NCBI GenBank assembly: GCA_902774155.1 | Contig: CACYHF010000006.1 | Coordinates: 37,391-101,390 of the forward strand | Origin: an uncultured Bacteroidia bacterium | GTDB taxonomy: Bacteria > Bacteroidota > Bacteroidia > Bacteroidales > UBA932 | Length of the DNA: 64,000 nucleotides | Direction of reading: 5' to 3' | In this document: positions 40,228 to 49,364 of the stretch, one piece after another | How positions within the stretch are numbered: position 1 is the first letter of the stretch | How the letters are laid out: every line of letters begins with the position of its first letter | Notes under the pieces: model-generated | Seen by the model: the letters and a program-made list of their open reading frames with translations, nothing else | What the model was told of the DNA's origin: nothing | Databases searched by the model: none | Position numbers and translations under genes: made by a program

Positions 40228-42564
40228 GTGGACATGAGTGAGATTTTGAGCGAGCTGAATGAAGAGCAGCAAAGGGCTGTTACCTGTACGGAAGGCCCTG
40301 TACTCATTGTGGCGGGAGCAGGGTCGGGAAAGACCCGCGTATTAACCTCCAGAATAGCATATCTGATAGAAAAAGGGGTCCCGCCGGAGCGGATCCTGGC
40401 CCTCACTTTTACCAAGAAGGCGGCCGGGGAAATGAAGGAGCGGATTGCCCTGATGGTGGGGGAGCGGCAAGCACGCCGCCTCTGGATGGGGACATTCCAC
40501 TCCGTCTTCATCCGTTTCCTTCGGGAATATGCCTCCCTCATCGGCTTCCCGGCCACGTTTACCATCTATGACACGGCCGATTCCGTGAGCGCCGTCAAGA
40601 CGGTGATCAAGCAATTGGAACTGGACGACAAACTGTATAAGCCCAAGGAGGTACTCTCCCAGATTTCCAGAGCCAAGAACGACTTGGTAACCCCCACGCC
40701 CTATATGAACGGGGCCGGCGGTTTCCGCGAAGACGACGCCCGCAAGAAGAAGCCGGAGATTTACCGGATCTATGCCCGCTATTGCGAATTGTGCCGGCAA
40801 TCGGGCGTGATGGACTTCGACGATATCCTCTTGTACCTGAATATCTTACTGCGTCAAAGTCCGGAAGCGCTGGCCGATATTTCCGGCCGTTTCAGCTACA
40901 TCCTGGTGGATGAGTACCAGGATACCAACTTTGCTCAGTATGTAATCCTGAAGAAACTGGCTGGCGGTCATCAGAATATTTGCGTAGTGGGGGACGATTC
41001 CCAGTCTATCTATGGCTTCCGAGGTGCTCAGATTCAGAATATCTTGAACTTCCAGAAAGACTTCCCGGGCACCCGGCTGTTCCGGCTGGAAAGGAACTAC
41101 CGCAGCACCCAGACCATCGTGAACGCGGCCAATTCGCTCATCGCCCACAACGAAGGCCGCATCCCTAAGCAGTGCGTCTCCATGGGCGAAAAAGGGGAGG
41201 TGATCCACCTGGTGCGCTCCTACACGGAACAGGAGGAAGCCCTGCAAATCGCATCGGCCATCCTCACGCGCATGCGATTGGAACAGGCCGAATATGAAGA
41301 TTTCGCCATCCTGTATCGCACCAACGCCCAGTCCCGTGCCCTGGAAGAGCAGTTGCGCCGGCGGAATATCCCTTATATGATTTATTCCGGCAACTCTTTC
41401 TTTGAGCGGGCCGAGGTAAAAGACGTGATGGCCTATTTCAAACTGGCCGTGAACCTCAAGGACGATGAATCCTTCAAGCGGGTGGTGAACAAGCCGGCCC
41501 GCGGCATTGGCGACACTTCCATCCAGGCGCTTTCGCAGGCGGCGCTCGCATCCCGCGTCTCGCTCTATGAGGCCGCGGCCCTGCCGGACCTGGAGCGCTT
41601 CGGCCTCCGGAACGCTGCGGTACAGAAAATCCGCGCCTTTTGCACGCTGATGGAAAATGCGGCCGCGGAGGCTGCCCACGGCGACGCCTACGATGTGGCT
41701 ATGTCCCTGGCCCGCGAGAGCGGCATCTACCTGTTCTACAAGGCCGATACTTCGGTGGAGGGGCAATCCCGCTTTGCCAACGTGGAAGAATTGCTGAACA
41801 GCATAAAAGCGTATTTGGAAGAAGTGGAGGCCGATGCCCTCGATGAAAAACCGCAGGTTACGCTGGCAGATTATCTGGAAAACGTCTCATTGCTGGCCAA
41901 TGTGGACGTAGCGGAGGACGAGACCTCCAATAAAGTGGCCCTGATGACGGTGCACACGGCAAAAGGTCTGGAATTTCCTTATGTATTTGTGGCCGGCATG
42001 GAGGAGAACCTGTTTCCCTCTGGCGGCTGGATGGAGACCCCGCAGGAGTTGGAAGAAGAACGGCGGCTGTTCTATGTGGCCCTTACCCGGGCCAAGCGGG
42101 CGGTATCGCTATCCTATGCCGAAACCCGTATGCGCAACGGCAAGCACGAATCCAATGCCCCCAGCCGCTTCCTGCGGGAACTGGCACCGCAGTATTTGGA
42201 CAAACCTATCCTGAAAGATGACCTGCGCCGGGCGGCCGAAGATGACACAGATTTCGGGGGCTTCCGTTGGGGCAGACCTAGGACTGAACGGGAGATACCC
42301 GCCTACGCAAAGAAAAAGGTCGAAGTCCCGGTAAGCCTCTCCCGTCCTGTCGTGGAGGACAGGCCGCCGCTCATTGACCCGAATTTTGTGCCGGATCCTA
42401 TGTCCAGTTTCCGGGTGGGAGACCAGATTGAGCACAATCGCTTTGGGGCAGGAAAAGTCCTTGAGATTACGGGGAAGGTTCCAGACTTAAAGGCAAAAAT
42501 CTTATTTGAGAAATACGGTGAAAAACTTTTGCTCTTAAAATTTGCAAAAATTCATCATAAATAG
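40228..42564 (+). CDS. uvrD: UvrD/PcrA ATP-dependent DNA helicase
   Basis: AGAGSGKT, VDEYQDTN, VGDDSQSIY, LMTVHTAKGLEF, EERRLFYVALTRA. Confidence 0.93.
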   Translation: MDMSEILSELNEEQQRAVTCTEGPVLIVAGAGSGKTRVLTSRIAYLIEKGVPPERILALTFTKKAAGEMKERIALMVGERQARRLWMGTFHSVFIRFLREYASLIGFPATFTIYDTADSVSAVKTVIKQLELDDKLYKPKEVLSQISRAKNDLVTPTPYMNGAGGFREDDARKKKPEIYRIYARYCELCRQSGVMDFDDILLYLNILLRQSPEALADISGRFSYILVDEYQDTNFAQYVILKKLAGGHQNICVVGDDSQSIYGFRGAQIQNILNFQKDFPGTRLFRLERNYRSTQTIVNAANSLIAHNEGRIPKQCVSMGEKGEVIHLVRSYTEQEEALQIASAILTRMRLEQAEYEDFAILYRTNAQSRALEEQLRRRNIPYMIYSGNSFFERAEVKDVMAYFKLAVNLKDDESFKRVVNKPARGIGDTSIQALSQAALASRVSLYEAAALPDLERFGLRNAAVQKIRAFCTLMENAAAEAAHGDAYDVAMSLARESGIYLFYKADTSVEGQSRFANVEELLNSIKAYLEEVEADALDEKPQVTLADYLENVSLLANVDVAEDETSNKVALMTVHTAKGLEFPYVFVAGMEENLFPSGGWMETPQELEEERRLFYVALTRAKRAVSLSYAETRMRNGKHESNAPSRFLRELAPQYLDKPILKDDLRRAAEDDTDFGGFRWGRPRTEREIPAYAKKKVEVPVSLSRPVVEDRPPLIDPNFVPDPMSSFRVGDQIEHNRFGAGKVLEITGKVPDLKAKILFEKYGEKLLLLKFAKIHHK

Positions 42565-42587
42565 TTGTATTAGAGAATTCTTTTCTC

Positions 42588-42595
42588 TATATTTG
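42588..42595 (+). promoter_or_regulatory. Bacteroidota sigma70 -7 element (TATATTTG) with no downstream ORF
   Basis: TAnnTTTG at 42588-42595; TTG at 42565-42567 (20-nt spacer). Confidence 0.65.
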
Positions 42596-42600
42596 TACCG

Positions 42601-42671
42601 AAGTTTTTCATAGTTTAAGTTTAGGTTAAGTAACCGGCCTCCCGCAGTGATGTGAGAGGCCGGTGAGTTTT
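42601..42671 (+). ncRNA. Candidate small RNA with a GTTTTTCATAG seed and GNRA hairpin
   Basis: Own promoter; single-stranded 5' part complementary to ...ACTATGAAAAAC; stem 42633-42641/42656-42664 with GTGA loop. Confidence 0.6.
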
Positions 42672-42699
42672 AAGAGGTATTGCCGTGGGATAATTAGTC

Positions 42700-44214
42700 C
42701 TAACCGCAGTAGAAATACTGAGCCACCAGACGGCGCATGAGTTTGGTGTCGTTGCGGGCCTCGTAGTGGAGGTTGGCGTCGTTGTGCGCCCTCAGGGCTT
42801 TCAGAATGCCATCTATCATTCGGGGACGGAAGACATCGGCCTCCTCATAGATGGCACGGTCTTTTTCCAGGAAATTAGCAGATTCCGTGCAGCATGTGGG
42901 CAGCTGTGCCAGGGTGGCCAGACGGGCTGCATTTTCCTTTTTATGGATGTCCATATCCACGTAGGTTTCGGCTGCCAGCTTGAGGGCTTGCTCGCGCGGC
43001 ATCTCCAATCCCTTGCGGGCGGCCACGCACAAACCGGCCATCAGCTGGTAAATATCGGCGCTGCAGTCCGGGCTGCGCATCTCGAAGGTTTGCTTGCCGG
43101 TGGTGTCGTGATCGGTCTGCTGTTCCAGGGGATTGGCGGCGGAGCACATATCGGTGCCGCTGCTCCAGCCCAGGGGAACGCGGACCAGGGCGCTGCGGTT
43201 GCAATCTCCCCAGCAAACGTTGGTGGGTGCTTCCTGGTGGGGGACCAGCCGGAAGTAGGAAGTAGGGTTCTTATTGCCGAAAGCCGTGATGGACGGTGCC
43301 AGAGTCATCAGGCCGGCGATGGCGGCGCGGGCTTCCTCGGAGAGCTTTCCATCGGCCCCTAACGTGACGTTGCGGCCGTCTTTCATCAGCCGCATATGGA
43401 TATGCATCCCGCTTCCGGCCTTGCCGGTGGTAATCTTGGGGGCAAAGGAGACGTCCAGATTGTTCCTGTAAGCCAGGTTGCGGATCACCCATTTGGCCAG
43501 CAGAAGCTGGTCGGCCGCGGTTTCCACCGGGTTGGGCAGGAATTCTATCTCGTTTTGTTCGTATACCTTGCCGTCCAGGGTGAAATTGCCCACTTCGCTG
43601 TGACCGTACTTGATCTGGCCGCCGGTCTTGGCCACGTGGTCCATACAGGCGCGGCGGAAGTCGTTCAGTTTGGCAAAGGGCTCGCTTTCGTGGTAGCCCT
43701 TCTGGTCCGTGGCGGGGAAGAGGCTGTCTTCTTCGCAAATCACATAGTATTCCAGCTCTCCCATAGCCTCGAACTGCAGCCCGGTGCTTTCCTCAAAGGC
43801 TTTTTCGGCCCGCATGAGGGTGGCGTGCGGTGCGCAGTCGAAGGGCTGCCCATCCTTATTGAAGAAACTGCAGAGGAAGCAGATGGTGGGTATTTCGTTG
43901 AACGGATCCACGAAGGCTGTGCGGTAGCGGGGAATCACGTAGAGGTCGCTGTTGCCGGCTTCAATGAAGGAGGGGAAGAGGCTGGATCCGTCTACGCGTT
44001 CGCCTTCCGTGAGGATGGTTTCGGCGTAGGCGAGGTTGTTGACGGTGAAATTGAGGGTCTTGACCCGTCCGTCCTCGGCCGGATACATGAAATCAATCAT
44101 GCGGATGCCTTTCTCACAGATAAAGTTCAGGATATCTTCACGGGTGAATTCTTCCGGGGATTTTTCCAGGAAAGCCACAACCTCGTTGGGGTTCAGCTCG
44201 ATATTTTTGTTCAT
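42700..44214 (-). CDS. glnA: Glutamine synthetase (type I-like)
   Basis: RVDGSS, GELEYY, GHSEVG, GKAGSGMHIH, SYFRLVPHQEAP, FEMRSPD. Confidence 0.93.
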   Translation of the reverse strand: MNKNIELNPNEVVAFLEKSPEEFTREDILNFICEKGIRMIDFMYPAEDGRVKTLNFTVNNLAYAETILTEGERVDGSSLFPSFIEAGNSDLYVIPRYRTAFVDPFNEIPTICFLCSFFNKDGQPFDCAPHATLMRAEKAFEESTGLQFEAMGELEYYVICEEDSLFPATDQKGYHESEPFAKLNDFRRACMDHVAKTGGQIKYGHSEVGNFTLDGKVYEQNEIEFLPNPVETAADQLLLAKWVIRNLAYRNNLDVSFAPKITTGKAGSGMHIHMRLMKDGRNVTLGADGKLSEEARAAIAGLMTLAPSITAFGNKNPTSYFRLVPHQEAPTNVCWGDCNRSALVRVPLGWSSGTDMCSAANPLEQQTDHDTTGKQTFEMRSPDCSADIYQLMAGLCVAARKGLEMPREQALKLAAETYVDMDIHKKENAARLATLAQLPTCCTESANFLEKDRAIYEEADVFRPRMIDGILKALRAHNDANLHYEARNDTKLMRRLVAQYFYCG

Positions 44215-44223
44215 AGTTATGGG

Positions 44224-44742
44224 TTAGTTATTGATAAATTCCCTGTAATTCTCCTGCAGGATGATATCGGCCTCGGTGGAGGCGTCAATCACGGATTGGA
44301 GATAACTGTTGATGCTATAGATGCCCTGCATCCTTTTGGCAGGAGCGGTGGCATTGTTCCCGCCGGAAGAGATGGAGCCTTTTTGGAAGCGCATATACAT
44401 ATGCCAGCTGGTACCGTCCAAAACCTGCACGCTGGGCCAGTAGGATTCCTTGATGCGATAAAGCTTATGCTGATAGGCCAGGGTGCCGATATGCTCCAGG
44501 ACCTCCTGGGGGGCTTTGATGACCACCACGTCCGGGCCCTGATCTTTGATCCAGGCTATCCTTACTTGCCCGGAGGCGTCCTTCTGCACCTGGTAAAAGG
44601 TGAAGGGGTAGACCATGGTGCCGCTATAGCGATACTCATAATACACCGCATCACCTTCCGGTTTGTGGTTCTTCCCACTGGACTTTGTATAGAGCCCGCC
44701 TAACAGCGGCAGGATTATGGAGAAGGCGAATAAGGTCTTCAT
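44224..44742 (-). CDS. Hypothetical exported protein
   Basis: Hydrophobic N-terminal signal; fills the gap between glnA and GH51; no recognised domain. Confidence 0.6.
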   Translation of the reverse strand: MKTLFAFSIILPLLGGLYTKSSGKNHKPEGDAVYYEYRYSGTMVYPFTFYQVQKDASGQVRIAWIKDQGPDVVVIKAPQEVLEHIGTLAYQHKLYRIKESYWPSVQVLDGTSWHMYMRFQKGSISSGGNNATAPAKRMQGIYSINSYLQSVIDASTEADIILQENYREFINN

Positions 44743-44876
44743 GCGTTCTTTTAGTTTTAGCGGCGTGAAGATACTAACATTTCCTTAAACTACCAAATGA
44801 AGATTGTGGGCTCCGGAAGCTCGAACGGCATGAGCTTTGCGGCTTCGTTTCATTTTGGAAACCATGAAAACCAACC

Positions 44877-46826
44877 ATGAAACGATTCGCTTTTTCCCTT
44901 CTTCTTTCGGCAGTTCTTCCTCTCTTTGCATCGGCTCAAACGTTTGATATCCATCTGGATCAACCCGGTGCGGCCATTCAGCCCACCATGTATGGCATTT
45001 TCTTCGAGGATATCAACTTCGCGGCCGATGGCGGCTTGTATGCCGAACTGGTCAAAAACCGCTCTTTCGAATACCTGAACAACCCCCTCCAGGGTTGGAA
45101 GGCTTTTGGGAAGGTGCAGGTAAGGGAGGACGGGCCTTTTGACCGCTGTCCCCACTATGTCCGTCTGACAGACCCCGGGCATCCGCATAAAATCACCGGA
45201 CTGGAGAATGAGGGATACTTCGGTATCGGCCTTAAGGAAGGGGCGCAGTATCGTTTTTCCGTCTGGGCCCGGGTTCCGGAGGGTGGCTCTTCAGAACTTC
45301 GGATAGTTTTGGTCCAGCCGGCATCTATGGCGGAGTCGCAGATCCTATGTGAGAAAAAGATGGAAGTCAAGGGGATAGAATGGACGCAGTATGAAGTGCT
45401 GCTTACTGCTCCTTGCACCTTGGACAAAGCAGCGTTGCGCATCTTCCTTTCCGGCAATCGTGCCACCGTGGACTTGGAGCATGTTTCCCTGTTCCCGGTG
45501 GATACGTGGATGGGGCATCGTAACGGGATGCGCAAAGACCTGGCGCAGGCGCTGTACGACCTTCACCCCGGCATCTTCCGTTTCCCTGGCGGCTGCATTG
45601 TGGAAGGAACCGATCTGGATACCCGCTACAATTGGAAGAACACTGTGGGCCCCGTGGAGAACCGGCCCCTTAACGTAAATCGCTGGCAGTATTGCTTCGA
45701 TTTCCGCTTTTTCCCGGATTATTACCAGAGTTACGGCCTGGGCTTTTATGAATTCTTCCAGCTTAGCGAGGAATTGGGGAGTGAGCCGCTTCCCATCCTC
45801 AGTTGTGGCCTGGCCTGCCAGTTCCAGAACGACAGTATGGACGCGCACGTGCCCATTGATCAGCTGGATCCTTATATCCAGGACGCCCTGGATCTGATAG
45901 AGTTTGCCAACGGCCCCGTGAACTCAACCTGGGGAAAGGTTCGGGCCGATATGGGGCACCCCGCGCCCTTCAATCTCAAGTACATCGGCATCGGCAATGA
46001 GCAGTGGGGGAGGGAGTATCCGGAACGGCTGGCCCCTTTTGTGAAAGCGATCCGGGCGGCCCATCCGGAAATCAAGATCGTGGGGTCCGCCGGTCCTTTC
46101 CCGGAAGGGGAGGAATTCGAGAGGCTCTGGTCGGAAATGCAGCTTATGGGGGCCGATCTGGTGGACGAGCATTATTACCGGAGCTATGAATGGTTCCTGT
46201 CCCAGGCCGGCCGATACGATGCGTATGGCCGCAGCGGCCCCAAGGTGTTTGCCGGAGAGTATGCCTGCCACGCGGATGGAAAGAAATACAACCACTACTA
46301 TGCGTCCCTGATGGAGGCGGCCTTTATGACTGGGCTGGAACGGAATGCCGATCTGGTACAGATGGCCACCTATGCCCCTTTATTCGCCCACGTGGAAGGC
46401 TGGCAGTGGCGTCCGGACCTCATTTGGTTCGACAATCTGCGCACGGTCAGGACGGCCAGCTGGTATGTGCAGCAGCTCTATTCCCGGTATAAAGGTGAGC
46501 AGGTCGTACCTTTAACCTTGAACGGAAAGCCGGTTTCCGGGGCCGATGGGCTATACGCATCGGCCGTACGGGAAGGGGACAAGGTTTACGTGAAGGTGGT
46601 GAATACGTCCGAAAAACAGCAAGACCTGGTTCTGAACTTTGGTAGAAAAAACGTCAGGGCTACATCTTCCATTCTATTTACATCCGATCGTCTTTACGAA
46701 GACAATACCGTGGATGAACCGAATCTCATCGTTCCCCGGGAAGTCGCATTCCAGGGAGAAGGAACCCAAGTGAGTATTGTGGTGAATCCGCTCAGTTTTG
46801 CTATCTTTATCCTGCAGATTAAGTAA
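44877..46826 (+). CDS. Alpha-L-arabinofuranosidase, GH51
   Basis: MYGIFFEDINFAADGGLYAE, RFPGGC, IGIGNEQW, DEHYY, FAGEYA, MATYAPLF. Confidence 0.93.
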   Translation: MKRFAFSLLLSAVLPLFASAQTFDIHLDQPGAAIQPTMYGIFFEDINFAADGGLYAELVKNRSFEYLNNPLQGWKAFGKVQVREDGPFDRCPHYVRLTDPGHPHKITGLENEGYFGIGLKEGAQYRFSVWARVPEGGSSELRIVLVQPASMAESQILCEKKMEVKGIEWTQYEVLLTAPCTLDKAALRIFLSGNRATVDLEHVSLFPVDTWMGHRNGMRKDLAQALYDLHPGIFRFPGGCIVEGTDLDTRYNWKNTVGPVENRPLNVNRWQYCFDFRFFPDYYQSYGLGFYEFFQLSEELGSEPLPILSCGLACQFQNDSMDAHVPIDQLDPYIQDALDLIEFANGPVNSTWGKVRADMGHPAPFNLKYIGIGNEQWGREYPERLAPFVKAIRAAHPEIKIVGSAGPFPEGEEFERLWSEMQLMGADLVDEHYYRSYEWFLSQAGRYDAYGRSGPKVFAGEYACHADGKKYNHYYASLMEAAFMTGLERNADLVQMATYAPLFAHVEGWQWRPDLIWFDNLRTVRTASWYVQQLYSRYKGEQVVPLTLNGKPVSGADGLYASAVREGDKVYVKVVNTSEKQQDLVLNFGRKNVRATSSILFTSDRLYEDNTVDEPNLIVPREVAFQGEGTQVSIVVNPLSFAIFILQIK

Positions 46827-46840
46827 TAGCAAAAATAAAC

Positions 46841-47905
46841 ATGAACCTCTCAGCGCTTACATTGGACCGGGAAGGGCTGGCTGCCGCCATCGCCTGTGAA
46901 GACGCCGCTTTCGAGGCGGCGCTTTGCGAGGCCGCTTACCGGGTCAAAGTGGAGACTGTGGGCCCGGAAGTCTATCTGCGCGGGCTCATCGAGATTTCCA
47001 ACCGCTGTGTCAAGGATTGCCTGTATTGCGGTATCCGTCGGGATATCCGCTGCCCGCGTTACGAACTCTCTGAGGAAGAAGTGCTTACCACGGCGATGAT
47101 AGCGGCGGAGCGCCATTTCGGGTCCGTTGTCATACAGGGCGGCGAGCGAACCGACGCAGCTTTTATCGGCAAGATCACCCGCCTGCTGAAGGCTATCAAG
47201 TCCATCGATACCGGGGAGGATCCGCCGCTGGGGATTACCCTTTCGCTGGGCGAGCAGTCTCGTGAGATTTATGAGGAATGGTTCGATGCCGGCGCGCATC
47301 GCTATCTGCTGCGTATAGAGTCCAGCAATCCGGACCTTTACCGCAAGATTCATCCCGACGACCCCCTGCACGCCTACGACCGTCGCCTGCAGGCGCTTTA
47401 CAACCTGAAGGAAATCGGCTACCAGGCCGGCACGGGCGCAATGATCGGCCTGCCTTTCCAGACGGCGGAAGACCTGGCCGATGACCTTCTGTTCTACAAG
47501 GAGTTTGACGCCCCTATGGTGGGAATGGGACCGTATAACCCCCATCCGGAGACGCCCCTGACGCTATCCGGCGCCCCATATCCTTCTGCCGAAAGGCGCT
47601 TCGCCCTGGGACTCAAGATGATTGCGCTGCTGCGCCTGCTGATGCCGGATATCAACATCGCCGCGGCCACGGCCCTGGAGATTCTGGATCCCCGCGGCCG
47701 CGAAAAGGGCGTTCTTTCCGGTGCCAACGTGGTGATGCCCAACATTACGCCGCAGGAGCAGATGACCAAGTACAATCTCTACGACCGCAAAACCCTGAAC
47801 GCCAGTGATGTATCTGACTTGGCCGATAAAGGAATCCCCATCGGCTACGGCCGCTGGGGCGATTCCCTCAGTTCTTTACGGGCAGCATGCCTCCCAGGAT
47901 GGTGA
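46841..47905 (+). CDS. hydE: [FeFe]-hydrogenase maturase HydE (radical SAM)
   Basis: RGLIEISNRCVKDCLYCGIR, YLLRIESS, GANVVMPN, YNLYD. Confidence 0.85.
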   Translation: MNLSALTLDREGLAAAIACEDAAFEAALCEAAYRVKVETVGPEVYLRGLIEISNRCVKDCLYCGIRRDIRCPRYELSEEEVLTTAMIAAERHFGSVVIQGGERTDAAFIGKITRLLKAIKSIDTGEDPPLGITLSLGEQSREIYEEWFDAGAHRYLLRIESSNPDLYRKIHPDDPLHAYDRRLQALYNLKEIGYQAGTGAMIGLPFQTAEDLADDLLFYKEFDAPMVGMGPYNPHPETPLTLSGAPYPSAERRFALGLKMIALLRLLMPDINIAAATALEILDPRGREKGVLSGANVVMPNITPQEQMTKYNLYDRKTLNASDVSDLADKGIPIGYGRWGDSLSSLRAACLPGW

Positions 47906-48416
47906 AGGCACGGTCTCCGCTGGCGAAGGTGCGGCGCTGGATTGTCATTTCTATCATACTGAAATGAAGGAAATAATAATAGCCGTCTTCATAGTCGCCC
48001 CAGTAATATCCGTCCCAGCCGTCATTTACCGGGAGGAAAACAGCTTGGGCTAGATGATCATCGGTGAAAGTGTACCTGTTATAATCTGCATCACTGACTT
48101 TTCCGTCGCTTGCGAGAGAAACCTCCACAAAGCCATCGATACCTACAGCGCTGAAAAGTATCCCTTTGACGCCGTTGTAGGTGCCGTAGTATTTGGTATA
48201 GACATTCATAAGTTTGTTCAACTGGTCTGCACTAGGGGCAGAAAAGCCTTCCGGAGCGCTTTGCCCGGCACCTCCCAGATAGCAGACAACCGGCTGACGG
48301 GCCCATTTCACAAAGTGAAGCGTAATATAATCCTCTCCTTCTTCTCCGCTGGAAGGACGCGAACAGGACGAGAGCGCCAACAGGCACATCAAGGCAAGGC
48401 AAAATATCCTTTTCAT
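47868..48416 (-). CDS. Hypothetical lipoprotein
   Basis: MKRIFCLALMCLLALSSC lipobox; looks lower in GC than the flanks; 38-bp convergent overlap with hydE. Confidence 0.65.
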   Translation of the reverse strand: MKRIFCLALMCLLALSSCSRPSSGEEGEDYITLHFVKWARQPVVCYLGGAGQSAPEGFSAPSADQLNKLMNVYTKYYGTYNGVKGILFSAVGIDGFVEVSLASDGKVSDADYNRYTFTDDHLAQAVFLPVNDGWDGYYWGDYEDGYYYFLHFSMIEMTIQRRTFASGDRAFTILGGMLPVKN

Positions 48417-48432
48417 AAGACAAACATCATCC

Positions 48433-48768
48433 CTATTCAGATTGCCGAATTAGTGCAAACTGGTCCAAATACTTGTTCAATGATAAAAGTTCGGTGAGGT
48501 CGCGGGAAAGGAAAGCGGCACAGAACACTTCCCGGAAGCGGCAGAGTTCCTTCCAGAGAGCGCTTCTTTGGGATGGAGTATCAACCCTGCCATATTTGAT
48601 TGTAAGGTCGATAAGTTCCTGCGCTCGGGCGAAAGCCCCCTCTGCACGGCTTTCCTTACCGGCTTCCAGCGCTTTCAGTATACGGGATGTTTCACTGCCG
48701 ATGTTGGCCATCTGCTGCGGGAACGTCAATTCGGCCCAACGGCCGTTTTCCAGGGTCGCGTGCTGCAT
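48433..48768 (-). CDS. Hypothetical helical protein, partner of DUF5674
   Basis: GRWAELTFPQQMANIGSETSR...ELIDLTI...ELCRFRE; starts 1 bp after the DUF5674 stop. Confidence 0.7.
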   Translation of the reverse strand: MQHATLENGRWAELTFPQQMANIGSETSRILKALEAGKESRAEGAFARAQELIDLTIKYGRVDTPSQRSALWKELCRFREVFCAAFLSRDLTELLSLNKYLDQFALIRQSE

Positions 48769-48769
48769 T

Positions 48770-49111
48770 CTATCTGATAATGAAATGTGCTACAATCTTT
48801 TCTATCGCTTCCCTGGTCTCAGGATTGGAAATCCCGCGTGATGGATTACCCTGCCAGGATCGGATGTTGATGAGCGAATCGTACTCGATGAAATCCTCTC
48901 CCTCCTCATTTGGATACAGGTTGAATCCCCAAAGGTTCTCCTGAGCGGAGCCATTCTCCAATAGCAGGCGTTCTAAATCGGCATGCAATTCCGCGTCGAG
49001 GGCAAGAATGCCCATACTGACATCGGCGACGCATTTGATCATATCACCAAAGGTATTCCCGGCGAGTGAACGGAGCTCTTCTCTGGATATGGGCTGTTGA
49101 AGGATTTGCAT
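48770..49111 (-). CDS. DUF5674-family protein
   Basis: MIKCVAD, DAELHADLE.LLLENGS.QENLWGFNLYP, IEYDSLINIR; TATCTTTG promoter at about 49126-49133. Confidence 0.75.
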   Translation of the reverse strand: MQILQQPISREELRSLAGNTFGDMIKCVADVSMGILALDAELHADLERLLLENGSAQENLWGFNLYPNEEGEDFIEYDSLINIRSWQGNPSRGISNPETREAIEKIVAHFIIR

Positions 49112-49170
49112 AATCTTCTTTTTTGCAAAGATACAAAAAAAGGAAAAACCTTTCGATTCTTCCTTTTTAG

Positions 49171-49243
<73 letters not shown>

Positions 49244-49364
49244 GTATGGGAATGCAAAGATAAGGCGTTTTTTTGAAAAATCCAAATTTATCTAAACAGG
49301 AGGCGTTATTTGTTATTTGTCGGATTCTTCGTAACTTCGTAAACAGAAGAAAAGATCACGTCAA

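Noticed and set aside
44790-44876. Weak hairpins and an ACCATGAAA duplication upstream of GH51 as a riboswitch
   Set aside because: The stems are short and imperfect and resemble no riboswitch family I recognise.
47913-48352. TCTCCGCT matches to the tRNA-fMet 3' end as an att site
   Set aside because: The matches are only 8 nt, in the opposite orientation, and inside a coding sequence.
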